DNA of 64,000 bases from assembly GCF_028641065.1 (NCBI RefSeq), contig NC_073412.1:310001-374000 (forward strand), in the 5' to 3' direction. This DNA comes from Leucoraja erinacea (lineage: Eukaryota). Positions 13,043 to 23,445 of the stretch are shown piece after piece; position 1 is the first letter of the stretch; each line of letters begins with the position of its first letter. The notes below the pieces were generated by a model, which did no database searches, was not told the DNA's origin, and was given only the letters and a program-made list of their open reading frames with translations. The position numbers were made by a program, and so were the translations under genes.

Positions 13043-13743
13043 GCTGAGACAGCTAATCTCTGGTGAGGGAACACATTTTGACGTGTTCATTTTGCATTGA
13101 GCAAAGCAAAATTGTTTCATTGAAGCTGTGTGGTCTTTTTGGCTGGCAGTATTTGCATTCCCAGTAACAAACCGTTCTCAATCTTTGCAGTAAGTCCTGG
13201 GTTGTGTCATATGGTTGTTTTTTCCTCCCACTTAAGCAGAGAACCTACATGAATGTAGGCATTCTGTGGCTCTCTCGACTCATTCCAAATAGTGATTCAT
13301 TATGTAGAACATTTGAAAATGTTCATCTGTGCAGCAAACGGTGTCATATAATATATGTTGACAGAGGGGAGTGGATGGGAGGGGGAGACACTGGAACGTG
13401 GTCAGCAGCTGGGCTTGCGTTAATCGGTATACTTTCTTTTACCAGGACTTGGGCTGGACTAGTATCTAAGAGCAGGTGTTGAACCCACACTTCTAACGAG
13501 TTTGCTATCACGTAGACATATGCATGAGAATGAGCATACTTCCTCTTTGCTTAACTGAAATTTTGATTTAATTTCAGCATCACTTTGGGAGGGTTTGGAG
13601 CTGACCGATTCTATTTGGGCCAATGGAAGGAGGGTCTTGGTAAACTCTTTAGCTTTGGCGGCCTTGGAATATGGACCTTGATAGACGTGCTGCTAATTGG
13701 GATTGGCTATGTTGGGCCTGCTGACGGCTCGTTGTACATCTGA
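8871..13743 (+). CDS. TM2D3: TM2 domain-containing protein 3 (250 aa, complete, 6 exons)
   Basis: Exons 8871-8946 (signal-peptide-like MAARKLLERLLLLVMAAAAALG), 9108-9209, 9296-9453 (CPSAGPCNRLPPDCVDC), 10656-10830 (CQFCWQLP), 12150-12225 (YCNWTGGYKWSTALALS), 13578-13743 (ITLGGFGADRFYLGQW...GPADGSLYI*). Total 753 nt, all introns GT-AG and phases consistent. Confidence 0.95.
11291..11608 (+). mobile_element. 5'-truncated Rex1/Babar-type LINE 3' end
   Basis: Encodes FFPEAIRTVNSYLTRD* and matches the 3' end of the copy at 43311-44065; ends aataaacttgacttga. Confidence 0.75.
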
Positions 13744-14829
13744 GCTGCACAAGGACCTGTCCTGTGATACCACTTGGAGTTACGGAGCACAAGTTCAAAT
13801 ATTTTGGAGAATGCTCCATCTGTACAGAAATCACTTTCTTTGCCACTGTCAAGCTGAGGGCTTGTGCCAGGTTGGGTTGTCTTGCACCATTGCTTCCTGG
13901 TCAACCTTGGTGATGGTGATTATTGAGACTATCAATGAAGGCATCCTTGGGACCTTACAGTGACTTTTTTTAAATTCTCTGTGATTCTTCTTTTAATGGA
14001 GTTATTTCACATGCAACATTTGGACATATTTGCTGATAGATCAGAGACCTATGCCTGCAATTCTGACCATTTTGATAGGATGAGTTGTGGATGGCATGAG
14101 AGATGAAAAAGAGTTTTAAGATATTAACATCAAGCAAGTTTGAACATTGCCTTCTCAATGGGGAACAAAGGAAGATGGGAAACATAAGCAAATAGTTTTG
14201 GACTGCTGACTACAGACAAGTGCATAAGTAAGGCCATGAATCACCCGTTTGTGGAGTTTCTTGGCAATGTAACTTTACTGGTATTTCCAGTAACATGCTG
14301 AAAGCACAACTTCTGATTGTACTCCATGGTAAAAGTAAAGGCAGTTTGTATCAAGGGTTGGAATTAATCATTGCCTTCCATTGCACAAAAGGCGACCTGC
14401 CAGTTTCATGTGCTGGTGACACTCTGCTCAGTCCAGTCTGGGCCAGCTGTTTAGTTCTGGTGTGGTCCCATGGAGGTTTATTAGAAGACTCCAGTCGCCT
14501 AATGTTGGTCAGCTCCTAAGTTGCATTACTTACCATCAGGGATCTGAGCAATCCTGGGTGTGGAATGCAGTTTGAGGAGTGCAGGGAAGGGGAAACTGGA
14601 AGCTCACAGCTGTATCACTCCACACTTATCATGTTAGTCTATTGAGCTCAAATGGCATTTAATGTTACAGCTGGGCTGTTAAGGTGTGTGAGGAAAGGCT
14701 CTATAATGCACTATTAGGTGCCCACTGAAGATATCTGGCAGTGATTTCGGTCACCTTGAACATGTTTAACCAGCCTGTTGGATTCAGTGCTTTAGATATC
14801 TGTACTGTACATTGTTACAAAATTGTGAA

Positions 14830-14835
14830 AATAAA
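14830..14835 (+). terminator. Probable TM2D3 polyadenylation signal
   Basis: AATAAA about 1.1 kb after the stop, preceded by tgta motifs. Confidence 0.5.
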
Positions 14836-15229
14836 CATCAATATCAATTATTTGAATCTTGTCTCATAACTTGTATGAAACTTTGTGGCATGTTGGTCAC
14901 ATCTCTTACTATTCTTTATTGTATATTCCTGAAATAAGTGCATTCAAATGTTTCCAATATAATCAAAACGTTGGTGGGAAAGCACAGCAATGATGGAGCC
15001 AGGCCAGGTTTCAGATTGAGCTTTGCATTCATCTGATTAAATGTAGACAATGTACTCAATGTTTACCTGCAGTAAGATAACAGCAGAAAACAGTGGTTGT
15101 TAGGGATGAAAATCATGGCATGGGGACAGCCAATATTACTAGATTCCATTGTTGCATCACACAACTTAAGTATCAGATCTAACCAAATAACAACAGAAGA
15201 GATTGCTCCATGTGCAACCTCTTGGTTCA

Positions 15230-15620
15230 CACATCCCAATCCACCCAGGTAATTTCCCCCACAAACACATAAGATGCAAGACCTGTCCCTATACCCCCCT
15301 CATCTCCAGCAACCCTTCCAGGTTAGATAGAGGTTCACATGCAATTCCTCTAACATCACCTGCTGTTCACAATGTGGCTTCCTGTATATTGGCGAACATA
15401 AACCTGGCGACCAAATACTTGCACTGGGTTTGCAAAGGCCCGAATCTCCCAGCTGGTAACCATTTGAACTCTTCCTATTCCCACACTGACCTTTCTGCCC
15501 TGGGCCTCCATTGCCACAATGAGGTACACACAAACCAGAGGAACAGCATCTAATTCTGCTTTAGCAGCTTGCAACCCAACAGTATTTAAAAAAATATAAA
15601 CCAGCATCTGCAGTTCCTTG
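15230..15620 (+). mobile_element. Degenerate Penelope-like element fragment (Zn-knuckle/GIY-YIG region)
   Basis: RCKTCPYT motif followed by frameshifted sequence resembling 17929-18147; ends in the family tail ccagcatctgcagttcc. Confidence 0.6.
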
Positions 15621-16224
15621 TTTCAACAGCAGTAATTGCTTGGCTAAATGGGACACAGAGTGAGTTTCACTATATTGTACTAACTGTTGGGGGTATAATA
15701 TCACTCTGACTAAGCTATTTAACCTGGCACCTGGTGTGGGACACGAGGGTGTCAGGAGACTATTTTGGAAAAAAACACAAGTAATGTTGCTAAAAATCAT
15801 TTGCTGGTAGTGTAGTGCTAGATATGCAGGGTAGGAATGAACTATTTTATTTGCAAATCAATGAACAACCTGAGTGCAGGTGCTGCAGTATAATTCAAGC
15901 ATTGAACGCAGATCAGTATTCTAGTGACAGACTTCTGATCAACAGGAACTAGCAGCTACCCAGCATTTGTATACAAAAGCAGCACCTTCTGGCACAGGGG
16001 TCAGGTTAGGGGGAGAAGGCAGGAGAATGGGGTCGGAGGGAGATAGATCAGCCATGAATGAATGGCAGTGGACTTGATGGGCCGAATGGCCTAATTCCAC
16101 TCTAGAATTAGGACATTTGGGGAAGGAGATCGTGGGAATGTATGAATGTGGCAGAAACATTTTGGCAGGAAGGACAATTGTTCAAGTACAATCGACACAG
16201 GAGTAGAAGGATGTTTAATCTGCA

Positions 16225-16230
16225 TTTATT
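16225..16230 (-). terminator. Probable LARP6 polyadenylation signal
   Basis: AATAAA on the minus strand about 400 nt downstream of the LARP6 stop; ATTAAA at 16214-16219. Confidence 0.5.
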
Positions 16231-16624
16231 CAAATCACAACAATATACACCATCTTTTCATTCAAGTATGAATACCAGCTCAGTGTCCCTTTCTGCACCG
16301 TTACTCAACCTAATAAGTCCAAGTCTCTCCCCACATCCCCCAATTACCAGCTGCACTTTCATAGCATTGTCAGGTTAACAAAAATATTAGCCTTGGGTTA
16401 GGTTACAGCCCACTTGTAAACAATAGTTTAAAATAAAAAGGTAGGATATTTCACCCAAAAACATGGAAATAAAAAAATGCAGTTTACTCCTGCACAGTTA
16501 CATGAAATACCAACTCAACATAGGATACGTTTAAATCACATTACATATGGTTTAACTGAAATAATTTCAATTTACCAAGTACAAATCTGGCATTACTGAG
16601 GATAGCTAGGGTAGGTTACAAGAC

Positions 16625-19600
16625 TCAGATTACAAGCGGCTTGCTCCTCTCTACAGATGTTTGGAATCCTTTAGTGCCGTCTGGTCCTCTGGGCATGCGT
16701 ACTACTCCTGCAGGCAGCCCGCCTGCACTGTGCATCTTTCTAGAAAGCATGGGGCTGCCAACTGGAGTATTCTCATGTGATACCACCTGAGCTTGCTTGC
16801 GTCTCTGTACCCAGGGGCTGCCAGACGGTGTGTTGCTGCTGTCCGATGAATAGTCAGTCCACTTACTTCCAACCTCAGCATTTGCAGGAGCTCCAAGCTT
16901 AGCATCTGCAGTGAGCGGAGATTTGTGCACAGCCGTATCTTTCCGTTGCATCGATGGGCTGGAACGCGGACTGTTCCATGGACTAGCTCGGGGAGAAGTG
17001 TTAGGACTCAGGTGATTGTTTTTATAGGTGTTGGGGCTCAGTTGATTAATGGGTTTGGGTTTGCGGCCAAGCATAGGAGATGCAGGGTTGCTCTCTGGTT
17101 CAGAAGAGCTGCATGCTGAGGAATCTTCACATATATACTGCAACTCCTCCACTCGCTTATTGCTAGATTTGCTTTTCATCTCATTCTTGCCAACATCTTC
17201 AGCTTCTTTGTTCTTCTCTCTGACAACTTTCTTCTTTGGTGGTTTCATCTCTATTAGCACCACTTTCATTCCCCTTTCATCGTTTTTTCCAAGTGATTTA
17301 TGTGCCTTAATTGCAGATTCAACATTTTCATACTCTACAATTACACAGTCCTTTGTTCCCAACTGTGAATAGCGATTGCCCAGTCTTTTCACATCTGCAG
17401 GGAGCTCCTTCCCTGGCTTTATAACACGAACCGAGATAACTGGACCAAACACACCAAATGCCTTCAGTACGTACTCCATTATCCTTTCTTGCAAGCCAGC
17501 ATTGTCACATTCTAGATTATCATTTAAAACCTGGAGTTCTGGACACAGAAGCATATCATATACCAGCAGTATCTGACTTGGAAGATGCTCACTGGGGAAA
17601 ACTGGAACGACTGTCTTCCGTCTCACTTTTTTCCCTTCATCATTTAGTTCCAAAAGGTCAGAGTACTTCAGAGCAAAGGCAGTTGTTTGCCAGTCACGAG
17701 TGAGGTGTTTTACCTAGAACAAAAGGTTCTGTTTTATCTATGCCTATTCAACAGGAATGAACACCTGGACAATTCACTTAATTATAGTAATGAAATATCA
17801 AAGCAGTTAAACCATTGCTGAGGGAATAGATAGCGATGCTTCGGCTGGGACCCTTCTTTAGATTGAAGCAGGGTTGAGAATGTTGATAAAGAGAGATGGG
17901 GGAGGGGGCAAGGCATTGTAAGTGATAGGTGGAAACAGACCTCCGCTCTGTTCACAATAACCAACCTGATCTCCCGGTGACTCAGCACTTCAACTCCCCT
18001 TCCCATTCCGAATCCAACCTTTCTGTTCTGGGCTTCCTCCATGGCCAGAGTGAGGCCCACCGTAATTTGGAGGAGCAGCACCTCATATTTTGCTTGGGCA
18101 ATTTACACCCCAGCAGTATGAACATTGACTTCTCCAATTTCAGGTAGTCCCTGCGTTCTCCTTCCCTTCCCAGCTCTCCCCCAGCCCACTGTCTCCGCCC
18201 CTTCCTTTCTTCTTCCCACCCCCCACCCCCCCCCATCCTCATATCAGTCTGAAGGGTCTTGACCTGAAACGTCACCCATTTCCTTCGCTCCATAGATGCT
18301 ACCTCGCCCGCTGAGTTTCTCCAGCATTTTTGTCTACGGTGGATACAGACGAGAGGTTTGATGGGCAGATGTGGAATAAATTACAAAGGCTGGAGGTGAA
18401 GGTCAGATAATAAGAAAGAAATGTAAAGCTGGGAGGAATGTGGGTGCACAGGGATGGGCGGAGACCTAATGCAAGGCCTCTTTCCATACTCTATCTGTTA
18501 ACTAATGTAGGCTATCCCACTGAGCCCGTCCTGCATTATCAAGATCGAGGCTGATCACCTTCCTCAGCTTTACTTTACAATCCACATCCCTCAGTCCAGA
18601 AATCAATCATTGTCATTGCAAAGAATATAGCTTGAGGGAAGAGAATTCCACTGATTCACTAGCCTTTAAGGTGTACTTTTTTGAGAAACTGTGCTCCCGA
18701 TCTCAGACTCCTAAGCCGTCTAATGTCAAGCCCACAACCCCTTTAACTATTTTGTTTAGATCTGCTCTCATTATTGTAAATTTGAGATTATAATCCACTC
18801 ACCCTATTCTACGGCAAACATCCCACTTTTGGAATAGTCTAGTGAACCTTCACTAGACTTTCACTATGGCAACTATTTTCATTCTTAGGCGATACAAAAA
18901 CTAGTAAATATGGAGTCACCAAGAATGTATAGAACTGAACTGATTTTTTCTGCATTCAAATTCTCCAAATACTGTACTACATTCCTTTTGAATGACTCGC
19001 TGTACCGGCTCGATGTTCAGTTACTTGTGCAAGAGCAAACTTCAGTCTCTTTGAACATCCACACTGCCCAGTTTCTTACAATTTAAAACTTTCTCCAGTC
19101 TGAGCATTAAAATGGCGACCGCACATTATATTCCATCTGCCATGTTCTTGCCCACGCACCCAGATTGTTTGTATCATCTTGACCCTCTATCTTCATTGCT
19201 CGATCTCACCTTGTTTAGTGTTGGATGTGAACGATTTGGATGCGTGTCAAACTAGGTGCCTATGTGGCTGTTGGGTGAAATGACTGGCGTTATTCTGTTT
19301 GAATACATGGTAGTGATAACATTAAATGGTTTGCTGGGCCATTGCAATGGAACACAATAGTTAGTCTATGGGGCTAGTTCAGGGCAAGGAGAGTTCATTT
19401 CCTTCATGAGGACATTCATGAACCAGATGGGATTTGATCTTTCCAAATTCTTCTTTAAATGCCAGTGGCATTATTCATTCATTGAATACATACTAGCAAA
19501 ACAGTGTTTGGATTAACTCAGCAGATCGGGCAGCACCTGGTGAGGGAATGGACAGGTGACATTTCTGGACAGACCCTTCCTCAGACCGATGGAGATGGGG

Positions 19601-20662
19601 GAGAAAGCACGACAAGTAATAAGTGAATACACACGAGGGGGGTATTAGCAGATGGGTGGATTATTAGTTTTGAAATGCAAGTACTATACCACAATAATCA
19701 ACTATAGTTGAAAGTAGATGATTGGGACTTCAACGTTCTTCATCTATGTAATAAATCCCCATCATCCGACTTTGAGCAACCCAGCAAGGAGATTAAGTCA
19801 GTGAGGGATCCATTCTACTAACTTATTGGTGTTAGTCTAAAGCTTCAAATTAGCCACCGCCACCATGCAAGCTACAACACAAGACACTCAAAGTGTTGGT
19901 TTACAACAAAAAGATAACGTACTGGAGTAACTCCGCAAGACAGACAACATCTCTGTCATCATGGATGGGTAACATTTCGAGTCGGGACTGTTTGGGGGGG
20001 GGGGGGGGGGGGGCTGGAAGAGAGGAGGGCAGGGCAAAGCGTGGCAATAATATTAAAGAAGGGTCTCGACCCGAAACGTCTCCCATTCCTTCTCTCCAGA
20101 GATGCTGCCTGTCCCGCTGAGTTACTCCAGCTTTTTGTGTCTACCTTCGGTTTAAACCAGCATCTGCAGTTCATTCTTACGCAATAATATTAATGTTACC
20201 TTTTTGAAAGAAGTCAGCAGTTTAACACTGACATAGCCCATCTTATTTCTTCTCACGTGCTTTAGTAGAAATGCATCGTTTTCCAGGTAGTCATCAGACA
20301 GATAATATTCAATCTGGGCAACAAGTTTCTGTACCAGCTCACTGTCCGGTGGCGCCCACTCCGCCGCCAGATCATCTTCAGTACCGCTGTAACAGACAGG
20401 GAGCGGATTAACGAAGCTCCGACCCCCGCCTCCCTCCCTCCATCTCCCCGGCCGCCTCCTCCCTCCCCATCTCCCCGCGGCCTCGGTACCTGTTTATCCC
20501 GGGCCCGGGAGCCGCCTCTTCATCCGTGCCGCTGCCCACGCTGCCGCCCTCCGGCCGCGCCACCGGCTCCTCCTCGGCCGCCGCCACTTGGATGCGGACA
20601 AGCGGCGCGGCCTCCCCGGCCGTCACTGTCGCCCCGGTGTCGCCGAGCGTTCCCCCCTCCAT
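16625..20662 (-). CDS. LARP6: La-related protein 6 (482 aa from ATG 20662; 3 exons)
   Basis: Exon 1 20662-20490 (MEGG...LVRIQVAAAEEE), exon 2 20386-20200 (La motif QIEYYLSDDYLENDAFLLKHVRRNKMGYVSVKLLTSFKK), exon 3 17713-16625 (VKHLTRDW, RRM, SPWVQRRK, C-terminal VVRMPRGPDGTKGF). Total 1449 nt with consistent phases. Confidence 0.95.
17929..18340 (+). mobile_element. Penelope-like element 3' fragment: GIY-YIG C-terminus plus pseudo-LTR
   Basis: PVTQHFNSPSHS...LEEQHLIFCLGNLHPSSMNIDFSNFR*, then a C-rich tract and ctgaagggtcttgacctgaaacgtcacc (degenerate hammerhead core). Confidence 0.8.
19878..20180. mobile_element. Penelope-derived arms in LARP6 intron 2; the right-hand copy (20056-20180) has a 12-bp TSD
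   Basis: gcaataatatta at 20044-20055 and 20181-20192 flank aagaagggtctcgacccgaaacgtc...ccagcatctgcagttc. Confidence 0.7.
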
Positions 20663-20919
20663 GGTCAGCGGCGAGCACGGGCCCCCGCCCCGAGGCCGAG
20701 CCTGGGCCGGAGGAGGAGCGCAGGGCGGGGCCGGGGGTAGGGGTAGGCCGGGCCTACGAGCCGGCGGGCGGAGCCTGTGGTCCCGGGCGGGCGCCAGGGA
20801 TTCCCGGAGTGCCGGGGGCGCCAGGAAGGCGGCCCAACGCAGCAGCGCGTCCTGCAGGTTGTACATGGGAGGCGGCGGAACCTGGTTGCCACCATCGGCC
20901 GCTTATCAACAGCCCGCCT

Positions 20920-21750
20920 CCCAATCAACCCGGCCCGGCCCCAATCAACCCGGCCCGGCCCCCAGCCCAACCCCATCAAACCCAACCCTAGCCCTAGTAG
21001 CCCAACCCCCACCCCATTCACCCGGCCCGCCCCCCCAGCCCCAATCAACCCCCCAGCCCCAAAACCCGGCCCTGCCCCCAGCCAACCCCTAACCCAACCC
21101 TGGCCCATCCCTAGCCCTAGCCCAACCCCCAGCCCCAATCAACCCGGCCCGGCCCCCAGCCCAACCCCATCAACCCCAACCCTAGCCCTAGTCCAACCCC
21201 CTCCAGCCCAACCCCCAGCCCCATCAAACCCAACCCTGGCCCAGCCCTAGCCCACCCCCATTCAGCCCAACCCCCAGCCTCAATCAAACCCGGCCCAGCC
21301 TCATCCAGACCAACCCCCAGTCACATCAAACCCAACCCTGGCCCAGCCCCAATCAACCCGGCCCAGCCCCCACCCCCAGCCCCAATCAACCCGGCCCAGC
21401 CCCAATAGCCCTAGTCCAACCCCATTCAAACCCAACCCCCCCAGCCCCAGCCCAACCCCAACCCCAACCCTAGCCCCAATCAACCCGGCCCAGCCTCCCA
21501 GACCAAACCCCCAGTCACCAAACCCAACCCTGGCCCAGCCCTAGCCCAACCCCCATTCAGCCCAACCCCCAGCCCTAGTCCAATCAACCCGGCCCAGCCC
21601 CATCAACCCCCAGCCTCATCCAGTCCAACCCCTAGCCCCATTCAGCCCAAAGATCCTTCAGCCCAAAGATCCTTCAGCCCAACCCCATCAAACCCAACCC
21701 TGGCCCAGCCCAACGTCCAACCCCCAGCCCTAGCCCATCCCCGCCCCAGT
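20920..21750. repeat. C-rich degenerate hexamer satellite (CCCCAG/CCCTAG/CCCAAC/CCCTAA) upstream of LARP6
   Basis: Recurrent units ccaatcaacccggcccagc and cccagcccaacccc; strong C/G strand asymmetry. Confidence 0.85.
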
Positions 21751-21828
21751 CTCATTGGAGGGGAAGAGTGTCTAAATGCCTCTTAAATGTTATTCTTGTA
21801 GCTGATTCCAGCAGATCTCTGGCAGCAC

Positions 21829-21870
21829 CAAAGATCCTATAGAAAAGATCCTATTGCTATAGGATCTTTG
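21829..21870. mobile_element. 42-bp TIR-only element with 8-bp TSD (hAT-like)
   Basis: ggcagcac [CAAAGATCCTATAG AAAAGATCCTATTG CTATAGGATCTTTG] ggcagcac, inserted in a CR1 fragment. Confidence 0.8.
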
Positions 21871-22619
21871 GGCAGCACGTTCCAGATATCAACCACCCGG
21901 GTCCTAAACAGTCCGCCCTCAGATCTTATTTAAAACTTCTTACATTCACCTTAAACCTATGCCTACCATTGGAAGTTTGACTTTATATTCTCCGCCTCTC
22001 AAAATATTATGTGCTTCTGTCAGCTCACACTCGGCCTCCTTCACTTCAAGGAAAATAGCTTATCCAATCTTTTCTCGTAACTAAAGTCCTCAAATCCTGG
22101 TCAATCTCCTCGGTACATCTGCAGCGCAATCATATCCTTCCAGATGTGTGGGTGACCAGAACTACGCACATATTTGCCAGAGCTTTGCCCACACATTCGT
22201 TTCATTGCTTCCTCGTGTCCTCTCCAAAATTTACTTTCCTTCATAAGTCCATAAGTGATAGGAGCATAATTAGACCATTCGGTCCATCAAGCCTACTCTG
22301 CCATTCAATCATGGCTGATCTATCTCTTCCTCTCAACCCCATTCTCCTGCTATATCCCCATAACCCCTTCCGATGGTACTTGGTATGGTACTTTATTTCT
22401 GTATGGTACTTTATCTATTTCTGTATCATCAGCAAATTTAACAACCATATCTTCAGTGACTGCATCCGAATCATTGATCTGATTATAAAATGTCAAAGTC
22501 CCTGTACCAGTCAGTGGCACACCATTCCTCAATCCTGCCATCCACGTATCGTATGCCTATTCACCAGCCATTCTTCATCCACACTATTATTTTGTTATTT
22601 TGTCTTGTTTCATGGCAGT

Positions 22620-22830
22620 CGTTGCTCTGGGATGACGGTAGATTTTGATCAAAGGTCTTTTGCTTTTAACTTTTGCACTTTTTATAATGCATTTTTAATT
22701 TTGCTTTTCTTTTCTTTTAATTCTTCTATTTTATTTCATTTTATTGTATGACATGTTTTTATGTGAAGCACTTTGAGTCTGCCTCGTGTATGAAATGTGC
22801 TATATAAATAAAGTTGCCTTGCCTTGCCTT
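22620..22830 (+). mobile_element. L2-like LINE 3' tail
   Basis: gtgaagcactttgag...aatgtgctatataaataaagttgccttgccttgcc (stem-loop plus pentamer tail). Confidence 0.5.
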
Positions 22831-23169
22831 TGATTTTGATGGCGTGATTTTGTGAATTTCCTTGTCCGACCCTGCCCGAGATGCTGCCCGACTCGCTGAG
22901 TTCCTCCGGCAATTCGTGTTTAGGATACAACCTTTAGTATACTTTATTTTGCAGTAACAAAAATAAACTTAAGAGCTACAATAAAAAATTGCGGATTCCG
23001 TGTGAAAAGCTGTAATTGAAAGCCTGAAGCTCCCTCGTTCCTCATCTAATTGTTTCTATAAGGCGAGGTTTACGGGGAGCGCAAGGATTGCGTTAGCGCA
23101 GAACCACCGCCCTACTTTGTGCTTTCAGAAAGCTCCCCTTCACAATGTGCTGCACCCGGAGTGACCGAT

Positions 23170-23445
23170 CCCCCACTTGGCCGGACCGGGCCGGGAGTCG
23201 CGGCCTGCGGGGCGCTGGGGAACATGAAGCGCGGACACGGCGAATAGCGGAAGTAGCGGTTGCTAGGGAGCCGGGAGGGTGAGCACGGCGCCGGCGGCCG
23301 CAGTGGGAGTGGGGAGCGGACGGAGCGGGAGCGGACGGTGCGGGACGGGAGCGGACGGTGCGGGACGGGAGATGCTGCCCGGCAAGTATCGGGCGAGGCT
23401 GCTCGGAAACCCGGTTGGTGCTGTGAGTATCCATGGAAACCCAAC
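23170..23445 (+). promoter_or_regulatory. LRRC49 CpG-island promoter with ETS and RFX X-box-like sites
   Basis: CGGAAGT at 23248-23254; GTTGCTAGGGAGC at 23259-23271; GTATCCATGGAAAC at 23427-23440. Confidence 0.6.

Noticed and set aside
13014-13043. Long poly-G runs (also near 19994, 36665 and 61894)
   Set aside because: Simple homopolymers of uncertain length; no evidence of function.
20920-21750. True telomere or interstitial (TTAGGG)n array
   Set aside because: Exact CCCTAA units are rare and most hexamers are variants; reported only as a degenerate satellite.
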